Below the pieces are notes generated by a model. That model saw only the letters and a list, made by a program, of their open reading frames with translations, did not search any database and was not told where the DNA came from. Positions 36,801-47,659 of a stretch of 64,000 nt of DNA are shown here, one piece after another (position 1 is the first letter of the stretch; each line of letters opens with the position of its first letter). Made by a program: the position numbers and the translations under genes. The stretch lies in assembly GCA_035221665.1 (NCBI GenBank), contig CM069146.1, positions 10,540,001 to 10,604,000 of the forward strand. Direction: 5' to 3'. This DNA comes from Okamejei kenojei. Lineage: Eukaryota.

Positions 36801-37084
36801 CATCTACCTGTCTCTTATTTTCCTATTGCCCATCAATTTGCTCCCAACAACTCCCGTTATTTGTTTTGTGCTTCAGATGTCAATTAATCTAGCAGCTCAT
36901 CTCCAAAAGATCAGACAGTATCTGTGGAGCGAAATGGGCAGATGACATTTATGGTCAGAGGTCAGAATCCAGCAACTGCAGTCTCCTCTGTCCCCAGCTG
37001 AAATCCGCCTATCTTAGAGGAATGTGCAAGCTCCGCACAAATACCATTTGAGGTCAGGATCAAACCCAGCTCCCTTGCTAACTG

Positions 37085-37299
37085 TAGATCGATGCAAAAT
37101 GCTGGATAACTCTGTGGGTCAGGCAGTACCTCTGGAGAAAAAGGATGGATGACAATTTATGTCGGGATCCTTCTTCAGACTGTGAAGAAGGGTCCCAACC
37201 CGAAACGTCACCCAACCTTTTTCTTCAGAGATAATGCCTGGTTAAGTTACTCCAGCAATAAGCAAAGGTATAAATCGGCAGTTCTTTGTTTCCACATTT
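37085..37299. mobile_element. Asymmetric inverted PLE pair with a 14-bp TSD (2 mismatches)
   Basis: TCCCTTGCTAACTG at 37071-37084 and TCCTTTGTTAACTG at 37300-37313. The centre reads CTTCTTCAGACTGTGAAGAAG. Confidence 0.8.
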
Positions 37300-37799
37300 T
37301 CCTTTGTTAACTGCTTCCTCGATGTCCCAGGTGTTTCTGCTTATTTTATACATTTAAATACATAATTACATGCAGTTAATAATTGTTTATATAATGTAAA
37401 CAGGACAAAACCCATATCTAGGTTTTCCAAAGGTTGCAATTATAACCTGTAAATATTCACTTAATATATCAAAAACATTTGCAAACATTGTGGTTTAGAC
37501 TTCAGGATTGCGGGAATGTATAAAAGATTTTAATAAGATATTTAATAAAAACATGAATAAAAGCAAAAAAAGTCACTTAATTCATTGATTTTCTATATAA
37601 TTTAAAATAAATTCATCTATTTCTGTCATGATCATATCCATTTTCCTTTTATTTACTCGTATTATAATTACGTTCCATTGGAGACGTTTGAGCACATAAT
37701 TATGGCTGGCACTGTCAGAGGTGTCACCTTTCAGAAGAAATAAAAAGAACATCTCTAGTTTTTGGTCAAATATGATTCCAAGGCAACATTTCACAGAAA

Positions 37800-38010
37800 G
37801 GCAGGATATTTCTCCCAATGCCCTGTCCCTCTGCTAACATCACTAGAACAGGTCACCTACTCATTTACCTCAATGTTGTTTGTAGGACCATGCAGTACCT
37901 GAATTAGCTGCAATATTTTCTGCATACAAAACTATTTAATAGTATGTAAAGCCCTTTGGGACATTCTGAGCTCATGAAAGATGCCGCATAGATGTATTTT
38001 ATTCTTTCTT
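37800..38010 (+). mobile_element. Deu-domain SINE fragment
   Basis: AACATCACTAGAACAG...TTGTTTGTAGGACC...TGTAAAGCCCTTTGGGACATTCTGAG. Confidence 0.55.
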
Positions 38011-38046
38011 TCAACAAGGCAGTAAAACACAAAGAAAAGCAGCAAA

Positions 38047-38185
38047 TAGGGGGTATGGCGAGAAGGCAGGTACAGGATTCTGAGTTGGATGATCAGCCAT
38101 GATCATATTGAATGGCGGTGCAGGCTCGAAGGGCCGAATGGCCTACTCCTGCACCTATTTTTTATGATTTATGATTATGATTTAT
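38047..38185 (+). mobile_element. Short CR1 3' end with a (TTTATGA)n tail
   Basis: GATCAGCCATGATCATATTGAATGGCGGTGCAGGCTCGAAGGGCCGAATGGCCTACTCCTGC. Confidence 0.85.
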
Positions 38186-38459
38186 GAAATAGATAATCAT
38201 CATCTCATGACTGTCACCATATGCCAAATTAATCTGTTATGCACAACAAAATTTAAAATGTTATCCATTCTGGCACATTTTGGTAGGAAGAATTAATTTG
38301 AGCACCTGAACTATACAGCTGTAGTACATGATTCAATGGTCTTTGTAACCTGGATTTCTTCAACTATGGCAGTATGATTTTTTTTTCTTTGGCCTAACAT
38401 TATAAAAGCTCAATCAAATAAGCTCAGAGAAAAAAAACAAATGGCTTCAGGTTGTGGAA

Positions 38460-38590
38460 TGTCTGAAGAAGGGTCCTGGCCCGAAACGTCACCCATCCAT
38501 TTTCTCCAGAGATGGTGCCTGACCCGCTGAGTTACTCCAGCGCTTTGTGCCTATATTTGATATAAACCAGCACCATTGGCTCCTTTCTAC
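38460..38590 (+). mobile_element. PLE terminal repeat with an intact hammerhead-like core
   Basis: GTCTGAAGAAGGGTCCTGGCCCGAAACGTCACC. Confidence 0.75.
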
Positions 38591-38729
38591 ACAGACAGCT
38601 ACCTATGCCTTATTTCTATATCTGAAGGTGATATTAACAACATCAGGAGCAAACTGATTTTCTCAGGAAGCCAACAGCCGAGTTCAATGCAGTTTAATCA
38701 GCTGCACTATGATCCTGGGATGTCTATGC

Positions 38730-39155
38730 GGCAGCATAAGACTCCTGACCCAGCGGGCCGCTGCCTGCAGGGGGGAAGCTCAGAAGCTGCTGAGCTCGGC
38801 CCCGAAGACAAGAGAGTCAAGTAGGAGGGAGCCGCTGGTGACGACAGACATGAGGAGTGGGCCGGTAGGAGAGGAACTGGGGTATTGCCTCCAACACCTT
38901 CAAGGTCAGCTGCAGGAGACGCCCACAGGACACAGGAGAGGGACGTCTGTTCATGGGCAGACCCAGTCGGGGGCAATGGAGGAGGCCCTGCCGCGGCCTG
39001 GGGTTTACCTGGATCAGAAGCTGCTCCAGCACGAGCATCAACTTGGACTTTTCTAAATGGTGCCGAAGTGTGGCGACTCGTGCATGTGTGATCTATGCAA
39101 AAAAGAAATTCACTTTGCAGTGTACGGATGACAATAAAAAAAGAACCATTGAACG
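38730..39155 (+). mobile_element. GC-rich non-autonomous element with a LINE-like 3' tail
   Basis: An abrupt GC/CpG-rich block ends in TGCAAAAAAGAAATTCACT...GTAC.GATGACAATAAA, similar to the Rex-type tails near 4540-4560 and 60050-60095. Confidence 0.45.
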
Positions 39156-40853
39156 TTCCATAGAAATTCAACTTTCCTAATACTCACGGATATACACAAA
39201 CCACTGGTGAGTATTTTAACTCCACGATGGAACAGGTAGGCAAAAGGGATCACCTGTTCCTGCTGGCAATAGACGCAGTTTACTCCTAAACCTTTACCTT
39301 GTCAACAGTGACTACCAAATGAACATCAGCCCAATTAACATTAGGTAGCCCAGAACCAATTCGGCAAGATGGTAAGTAGATAGGTTGACATGAGGATGGA
39401 TTGAAATTAATCGAACTGGGAATGGTGAGGGAGGAGGAAGCTTACACACCGATTAGTACGTTATCCTTTTGGAAGCTATAACAGCTCGCTTCGATCACAC
39501 AAAAATAAATGTTGCTTATATTTGTGAGGCTTTTTCCTAACTGCCCAGATCCTGCATATCCCATCCAAGTCTGCTGCACAACATTGGACTGTAATCTATA
39601 TCAAGGTTTGAGGTCTGAACTGACTCAGACAGGCACCGATACATTTCAGCAGAAAGCCAGGAAAAACTGCATTTAAGCGTTAGCTGGACAGTAAATGGTG
39701 CACAGCAATTTTAACTTAGCTTTTCTCTCAGTTCTAACAAGCAGGCCAAGTTAAAATTGGCCATCCTATTTCAGTATGCTGGGTATTAGCACACATTACC
39801 ATAGTCCCATGCTAATAAGCAATCTCAGTTGACAGCTTTAACTATCATTCATGGAGAACTCCCCAGTGTTTGCCTTGGGTCTGTTGGATGCAATGATTCC
39901 AAATACTGGACTCATTCCACGTGAAGAGGAAAAAAGTGCCAATGGAGTAAAAAGTTCATCCAACAAGCTTCACCTCTTGTACTTTCCCATCTAAAAGAGG
40001 AAGCAAACGGAGTAAATGAGAAAACGGGAGACAGACAAATAAGAAATGTGCAACTGAGGAAGTAGGAAGAGCTATGAAGGAAAAATCTTGGAATCAGACC
40101 ATAATGTGCAGATACAAGTCTCTGGTCCAAACCTCTGACAGTATTCTTAATAGATGACAAAGTGAAACTATTTTTATTCTAAATTTAAAAGTATTGCATT
40201 CTGTTAACCCATTCATCTCTGCAACATAATGCAGATGAAACATTAAAATGATACATACATGCATTTGGAATCATAGAGCACAGAAATTTACCCCTTACCC
40301 CAATTTATCCATGTTGACCAGGATGCCCATCTGAGCTAGTTCCATTTCCTCACATTTGACCAATTTCCCACCAAACCTTTGCTATTTGTTAATTTGTTGA
40401 AATGTCTTTTAAATGTTGCTGTTGTACCTTCCTCAACCACTTCATCTGCCATATATGTACCACCCTCTGTATGACAAGGTTGCCCCTCAGGTTCCTATTA
40501 AATCTTTCCCCTCCCCATAAATCTGTACCCTCTAGTTCCTGATTAGCCAACCCTGGTGAAAAAAAGACAATGAACATTCACCATATCTATGCCCCTCGTG
40601 ATTTTATACACCCGTAGGGGATTACCCCTCACTCCTATCCTCCAAGGAAAGAAGTCTTAGCTTGCCCAACCTCTCCTTAAAAACCTCACTCCCTCAAGTA
40701 CTGGCAACATCACTGTAAAAAAATGTCAGCATTCTTTCCAACTTCATGGCTTTCTTCTTATTGTAGGGTGGCTAAAACATAGCATAATATACCAAATGCC
40801 ACCTCATCAAAGTCCTGAGTCAAAGTATAGTGTCCCAGCTTCTCCACTTAATG

Positions 40854-40973
40854 GAGATAGGCAACACAGTTGCCTATTCCGTTCGCTCCGTGGATGCTGC
40901 TGCACCAGTTGAGTTTCTCCAGCATTTTGTGTACCCTCGATTTTCCAGCATCTGCAGTTCCTTCTTTAACGCT
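40854..40973 (+). mobile_element. PLE 3' end with a 12-nt inverted cap and a 14-bp TSD
   Basis: TTCTCCACTTAATG at 40840-40853 and 40974-40987. The insert starts GAGATAGGCAAC-ACA-GTTGCCTAT. Confidence 0.85.
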
Positions 40974-41022
40974 TTCTCCACTTAATGTCCTTACTGATGA
41001 AGGCCAGCTAGCCAAAATCTTT

Positions 41023-41253
41023 AGTATGTGTAGGAAAGGACTGCAGATGCTGGTTTAAATCGAAGGTAGGCACAAACTGCTGGAGTAAGTCAGTGGGACA
41101 GGCAACATCTCTGGAGAGAAGAAATGGGTGACATTTCGGGTCAAGACCCTTCTTCAGACTGATGAAGAAGGGTCTCAACCTGAAACATCACCCATGCCTT
41201 CTGTCCAGAGATGCTGCCTGTCCAGCTGAATTACTCCAGCAGTTTGTGTCTAC
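41023..41253. mobile_element. Asymmetric inverted PLE pair with a 15-bp TSD (1 mismatch)
   Basis: CTAGCCAAAATCTTT at 41008-41022 and CTAGCCAAAAGCTTT at 41254-41268. The centre reads CCCTTCTTCAGACTGATGAAGAAGGG. Confidence 0.88.
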
Positions 41254-41936
41254 CTAGCCAAAAGCTTTCATCATCACTTCCTACCTGTGGCTCCACACCC
41301 AGGGAACTATGTAGTTGTACTCCCAGGTCCCCCTGTTTAGTTTAGTTTAAGATATACCTGTTTAGGCCCTGGAGATTCATCCAACTTTATATCCAGCACT
41401 TTCTCTACTGTAATGCATACTATCCCCAAGGTCACCCCACTAACTTTCCTGAGTTACCTCATCTTTATATCTTTCTCCGTGGTCAAACACAGAGGTGAAA
41501 TGTTCATCGAGGACCTCACCCACACCCTGGAGCTCTGCACATAGATGTCCACTTAGGCTTTTGAGGAGCCATTACTCTTTTAACCTTAGTACACATAAAA
41601 TCTCTTTGGATTCTCCTTACTCTTGTCTGCCAAAGCTTTCTCATGCCCTCCCAATTACCTGCTGAAGTATACTCCAGAATTTCCTATACTCTTCTGGAGA
41701 TCCACTTGATCCCGGCTGCCTGTTTCTAACCCATGCTTGCATCTTTTTTCAGTTCAGAGCCTCAAACCAGGGTTCCCTACTGCCAACTTTGCCCTTCACT
41801 CCAATAGGAACAATGGAGACCTTGAACTCTCACAATGTCACTTTTAAAAGCCTCCCACTTGTTCAATACCCATTCACCCACAAACAGCCTACTCCAATCA
41901 ACTTTTACAACTGCCTGTCAAATACTAAGCTGCACA

Positions 41937-42247
41937 TTGGCACAGTTGTTAGAGCTGCTGCCTCACAGAGCTGCTGCCTCACCTGGGTTCCATCCTGACC
42001 GGGTGCTGTCTGTGTGGAGTTAGTACGTTCTCCCTGTGACCAAATCAGTTTCCTTTGGGTGTTCCAGTTTCCTCCCATTTCCCAAAGACATACTGGTTTG
42101 TAGATTAACTGACCTCTGCAAAAACTGCCCCTAACGTGTAGGGAATGACTAGATATTGAGATAACAAACAACAAGTGTGAATGGGTAATCAATTATTGGC
42201 GAGAGCTCAGTGGGCCAAAGGGGCTGTTTTCACACTATATCTCTAAG
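41937..42247 (+). mobile_element. HE1-type V-SINE, near full length
   Basis: tRNA-like head with an internal 16-bp duplication AGAGCTGCTGCCTCAC, V-domain TTCTCCCTGTGACC...TTTCCTCCCATTTCCCAAAGAC, and CR1-type tail GTGGGCCAAAGGGGCTGTTT. Confidence 0.8.
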
Positions 42248-44569
42248 CCATCAAAATTCACCTAGCGCCAACTTAACAAAACCTGTGGAGCAGTTCTATA
42301 GTGATTTGACAACTATTAGAACTATTAGTCTTGAAGTACTCCCTCACTGACCCCTCAGTACTTGCTTTGCCCTGTTTCCCAAGAGTAGTTCAAGTTTTGT
42401 CATCACCCTGGCAGGGCCTTTTATATATTACCTGAGGAAACTTTCCTGAATACACGCAACAAATTCCACCCCATCGAAGCCCTTTATTAAAGAACAAATG
42501 GTAATTTTTTTTTTAATCCAGATTTTTCAAGAATAATTTAAATTGCAACAAAAAAAAATCCCCCTCCCTCCCCCTCATCCAAAGTAATTTAGCTAAAATC
42601 TGAAGTGCCCCAAGTGAGTTTGAATGAGTTATTTCAAGGAGAATCCACGTGAAAATTAATCTTTATAAACCACATAGAATTCCTAATTCATTTATTCTTC
42701 GTTTATTCTTAAAAAGCTGGTAATGTTAAAATTATTTGCCTGATAATGTAAAAATCCTAAGCAATTCTAAAAAACAAGTAAAATTGGTAAGAAATTCCTG
42801 TTAGAAAAAAGGTTCAGATTGACAGACATAAGATGCCTAGGTAAAATCTACAACATAGCTTTTCTTATTTTATCTTAGAGCTTCAAGCCAGATTGATCAT
42901 ATGTTAAATTATTATAACCTATGCTGCAGTAAACCTGATGTGTGCTCTTTTCTATAATGCATTTTGCAAACTCATCAAGCATCGCTGTTGAGGTCAGACC
43001 ACAGTGCTACGTGACAACCACAAATTGTCCAAAAATAGTAACTGAAGCTTAACTAACCTATTGCCTCCTTTCACAGATACCACAAACCTACAAAATATTC
43101 AAAGAAAAATTGTGCTCTAACTCTGTTCTAAATCATGCAAACTCCCTTTGCTGAATTTATGAATTAATCCTATCTCACTTCCTGGACCTCAAAATCTTTA
43201 ATAATTGTTTGACTAATGTTCTATAAATGTAGCAAGTTATTTACAAAAATATACTCTGGGGGAAAATGGTACGCATTCACTATTTGTTGAGACACAAAGC
43301 AGTCACAATGAATGTATTATTTTCTGCTCCCAATCTCTATCGCATTGGAAGTTACTGTTTTGAAGCATTCTCATCTGAAAGCAGTAATTTGCATTCGAGA
43401 ATCCAACTGACAGAAGGGAAGTGTAACTGTTTCAGAACTCTTCGATAATATTTGTGGAACACCCATATTCTGAAAGATATTTCCAGATTTCAATCACTCA
43501 TCCATGAATGGATCAGTAGAAAACAAAGAAAAGGTCAATAAATGTTTTGAACTGAAATGTATGTGGATGTGGTGAGGAGGAGGAGGGAGATTCATGGATG
43601 GCTTGTGACCATATCCCCCATTTTCCAATCCACCATCTCAGCCAGTAGTGCTATTATCAAACTACTTTTAGCAACGGACATGGAAGGCCTTCACCAACAT
43701 CATCACTGACTAAGCTGACTAAAGTTCTTATATAGAAAGAGGTGGAAACCTGGTGAAGATATAACACAGAAAATTCCAAGCAGAATGCTGATAATTCAGG
43801 TGATAAGTGGCACAGCTAACAAATCAAATCAAAGCTCCAAGGACCTGTTATACATGGTAATGGATCATTCAACAACTAGTAGGAACAGAACGCTCTGCTA
43901 ACTTTCTCATCTTCAGTGAGGGCAGAGCCAAGAATGACTAAATGAAAGATGCCAAATAAAATATTTGAACCCATTTTTGGATATAAATTTTAATCTGCAA
44001 TCTATTACAATCTCTTTCTGAAGGGATGTATATTGTTCTCTCGAGGTCTTTAGAAAATTAATTCCATACAATCTCAAAGCCAGCTACAATACAGCTGTTT
44101 GCAAAATGTAGCCCTATCTCTCTATAAATCATCCCCTTACAACTTGGGTATCCACCCACAAAAATGTTAAATTACCCAATTAATAGTAGACCAAATCCAC
44201 AATAGTCAATCCCCCCTTTGTCTATACTCTAAATAGAAAGAAGGATATTTTCATCAATCAAGCAAATAAGGGGCATTTACTAACAGCTAATGCTCGCCAA
44301 TTCATTCCCAGACCTCATGTACCCTTGATCCAAACATGGTGAATAAGCTCATTACCAAAGATGAAATGACAGCAATTATTAAGTCTCAGTAAGGACCCAG
44401 AGGAAAATTGAAGTCAATGAGAATTATCTATTACCTCCCTATGTTGCATCCAAGTGTTGATGGTGAAGTCTCGGGGGAGAAAAGAGATGAGTCACTTAAT
44501 GTGGATAACCCATATGTGATCTATTTTAGTGACTGTGACAACTCCCAAATCCACAAGTTCTACCATCTA

Positions 44570-45340
44570 GAGAGTTTAGGTGTTTAGAAACGTAACCATA
44601 TACAAGTTCTCACCCAAACACCTACAAGTCAGTCAGCGCTACAGAAAATGTTAGAAATTATAAGTAGGGACATTACTAGTTATCATTTGGACTAGTGTGA
44701 ATTGATGAGTGAAAGCCAGCAAGGATTTCTTAAAGGGAAATTGTGTTTGATTAACTTGATTGATCGATTGTGATGAGGTAAAGTTAATGGGGAAGAGCAT
44801 TGATACATTGTATAAGGACTTTCAAAAGGCACTTTAAAAAGTGCCACGTAAAAAGTTCATCATCAAGACTAATGAAAGAGTATTGGAGCAATATGGATAG
44901 AAAATTAGTTAAATGATGAGAAATAATGACGAGAACTCAGGGATCTGTGCAGTGATGTTCCCCGGGTATCAGTGGAGCCACATACTCAATCATAGACCTC
45001 TACAGCATGGAAACAGATCCTCCGAACCAAATCATCCATGCCAACTAAGGCTCGGAGGCAAAACTTTAATATCAGAGAGGAAAATTTAAAGGAGATGTAT
45101 GGGACAAGTTATTTTTACACGGAGATAGATGGGTGCATGGAACACACTGCCAGGGGAAGTGGTAAAAGCAAATATATTGGTGACATTTAAGAGACCTTTA
45201 GATTGGCACATGAATAAGCAGGGAATGGGGGGATGTGGATCACATGCAGGCTGAGGAAATTAGTTTAACCTGGCATCATATTCAGTACAGACATTGTGGG
45301 CGAGGGACCTGTTTCTGGGGCGTGCTGTTCTATGTTCCAC
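44570..45340 (+). mobile_element. CR1 fragments
   Basis: Remnants of SQQGFLKG..CL and DFQKA, and the 3' UTR GTGGGCGAGGGACCTGTTTCTG. Confidence 0.6.
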
Positions 45341-45349
45341 AAAGTATAA

Positions 45350-45925
45350 ATTATAAACAGTATATATAAAATGATGATAAATACATAATAAATCCATTGA
45401 TTACTGCAAAATGGCAGACTTGTGTAAGATTGTCATGCAAACCCCGAGCAGTACAAAAGAATAAAACAGTACAATAATGGAATAAACATTGAGGTAGAGT
45501 TAAGAGTTGGAGTACATGGCAACACCTCAGGGAAGGAAGTATAAAAGAGGTGATTAGTTCAGGAGTTGAATAGTGGTGGGGAAGATGCAAGTTTTCAATC
45601 TCCTGTACCTTCTCCCAGAAGGTAGAAGAGAAATGAGAATGGTCTGGGTGGCAAGGTAAATGAGAATGGTGAAATGAGAATGGCCTGGGTGGCAAGCATC
45701 CTTGACAATGCTTCCAGCTTTGCTGATGCAACACATTGTGAAGATGGACTTAATGGAAGGAAGTGATGAACATTTGATGGACTGAGCTGTGTTCAGCACT
45801 CCCTGTAGGTTCAGATGTTCAAGAGCAGAACAGCTTCTGTACAAACTGAGATGCATCCAGCAGAATACTTTCAGTAATGCGTCTGTAGAAACACAAAATA
45901 TGGAAGTGCAGTGAACTGCGAAGGA
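45350..45925 (-). mobile_element. Rex1/Babar LINE 3' fragment
   Basis: Motifs FYRRITESIL, LQGVLNTAQSI...LPSI, IVKD..HPGH and LLPSGRRYR. Confidence 0.8.
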
Positions 45926-46559
45926 GATGGTTGTAGACTTGAAGAGGATATAGACTAGATGGTATTTGATGAAATATAAAGCAAGGTGTCATGTTTTGGA
46001 AGAATGAAGAGAAGTGATGTAAACGAGAGGGCACAATCATAAAAAGGGATCTAGGGGCCGAAGGAGATGTGGAGGTACATATGCATAAATCATTGGAAAT
46101 AACAGGTCAGGGTGAGAATGCTGTTCAAAGATTCTCAAGGGAACATGTGTTTTATTAATAGAGGCATCAAATCAGTCAAGTCGACTTTTATAAAAGAAAA
46201 TCACAAAGTTGCAAATGCTGGAAGTCTGAAATAGAGACAGAAAATACTAGTACTCAGCAGGTCAGGCATTATCTGTGGAAAGTCAAAGACCCTTGGTCAG
46301 AACTTTAACAGCTCTTGAATTCCAAGATCCCTCCAGATCTTCCTCTTCTTCACTTTCCTCCTAACGACAATGCTTTATTGGCTGTTCATGGAATATGGAA
46401 TATGGACTATGGAATAAATCGCCCATTTCCAAACCATCTAGAACATTACCTCTGTTATAATTATAAAATACTGATTTTATCACAACTGCAATGCGCGTCC
46501 ACTTCTGGACACCACATTTTAAGAAAGATGCGAGCATGCAGTAGAGTTGCAGTATGATG

Positions 46560-46845
46560 CAGCACTGAAACAGGCTCTGTAGCCCAGCAAGTCCACGCAG
46601 ACCAAACACCCCTTCACATTACTTTTACATTTATACCACTTTTTATTCTCACCAGGTACTCACTGACACTAGGGACAGTCCAGAGTGACCAATTAACCTA
46701 CCAACCTACACATCTTTGAGAAGTGTGAAGAAACCAAAGCAGAGGAAACACATGTTGTTAGAAGAAGGTTGTGCATCCTCCATACGAAAAGTATCCGAGC
46801 ACGGGCACTGTGGGGTGGCTGTTCATCCATCAGCACCATTGTGCA
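46560..46845 (-). mobile_element. Decayed HE1-type V-SINE
   Basis: Reverse V-domain CCAATTAACCTACCAACC...CATCTTTG...GAAACC. Confidence 0.5.
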
Positions 46846-47166
46846 GTGGGCCTTTCATTATGTACGGAGGTTGTGTTGTTCCTTAGAAAAGAGGTGGTCT
46901 CAAGAACCGAAGAATGTTGAATGAAGGTGAGTGGCTAAAGAGCCGAGCCAAAAGATAATTTTTTTTAAAGGCAGTGAAATATTAAGATGTAAAATATATT
47001 GCACGATTGGTGGCTGAAGAAAGGCGGAGGCAATTAATTTGTTGCATTCAGTAATGGACTGTACAAGAGACTTTTTTTTTCAATTTTGAAAATGAAAACA
47101 AATTTGCGGAGCGACAGAGTAATTGGGCAGAGTGTGACTAGTTGGCCTGCTCTTGTTTTGAGTTAG

Positions 47167-47377
47167 ATGGACACAAAAAGCTGGAGTAACTCGGTGGGAA
47201 AGGCAGCATCTCTGGAGAGAGGGAATGGGTGACGTTGTGGGTCGAGACCCTTCTTCTTCTCGACCCAAAACGTCACCCATTCCTTCTCTCCAGAGATGCT
47301 GGCTGTCCTGCTGAGTTACTCCAGCTTTTCGTGTCAATTTTCAGTTTAAAACAGCTTCTGTAGTTCCTTCATACATA
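47167..47377. mobile_element. Asymmetric inverted PLE pair with a 15-bp TSD (1 mismatch)
   Basis: CTTGTTTTGAGTTAG at 47152-47166 and CTTGTATTGAGTTAG at 47378-47392. The left arm is short and the right arm carries the tail. Confidence 0.88.
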
Positions 47378-47540
47378 CTTGTATTGAGTTAGCCCAATTG
47401 TGATGGGCTGAATGGCAGCAATCTCTGTCTCCTTGTAATCCAGTAACAGCAACCTCCACTGTTGCTGTACCAAAAACCGAGAATTCCCCACTTATCAGTA
47501 CTGTGGGAGTCACAAAAAATATTGAAGATGCTGTACTCTT

Positions 47541-47659
47541 GAGCAAAACACAAAGGGCTGGAGGAACTCAGCTAGCTGGGATTAACCCAAAATATTGTCT
47601 GTCCATTCCCTCCATAGATGCTGCCAGACCCACTGAGTTCCTCCAGTTTGTGTTTTGCA
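47541..47659. mobile_element. Older small inverted PLE pair
   Basis: GCAAAACACAAA...CTGGAGGAACTCAG is mirrored by CTGAGTTCCTCCAG.TTTGTGTTTTGC. Confidence 0.65.

Larger units (their letters stand above)
40268..41900 (-). mobile_element. CR1 LINE fragments carrying two nested PLE insertions
   Basis: 3' UTR near 40270-40380 and the coding remnant RFNRNLRGN...QRVV. A decayed continuation follows 41270. Confidence 0.7.
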
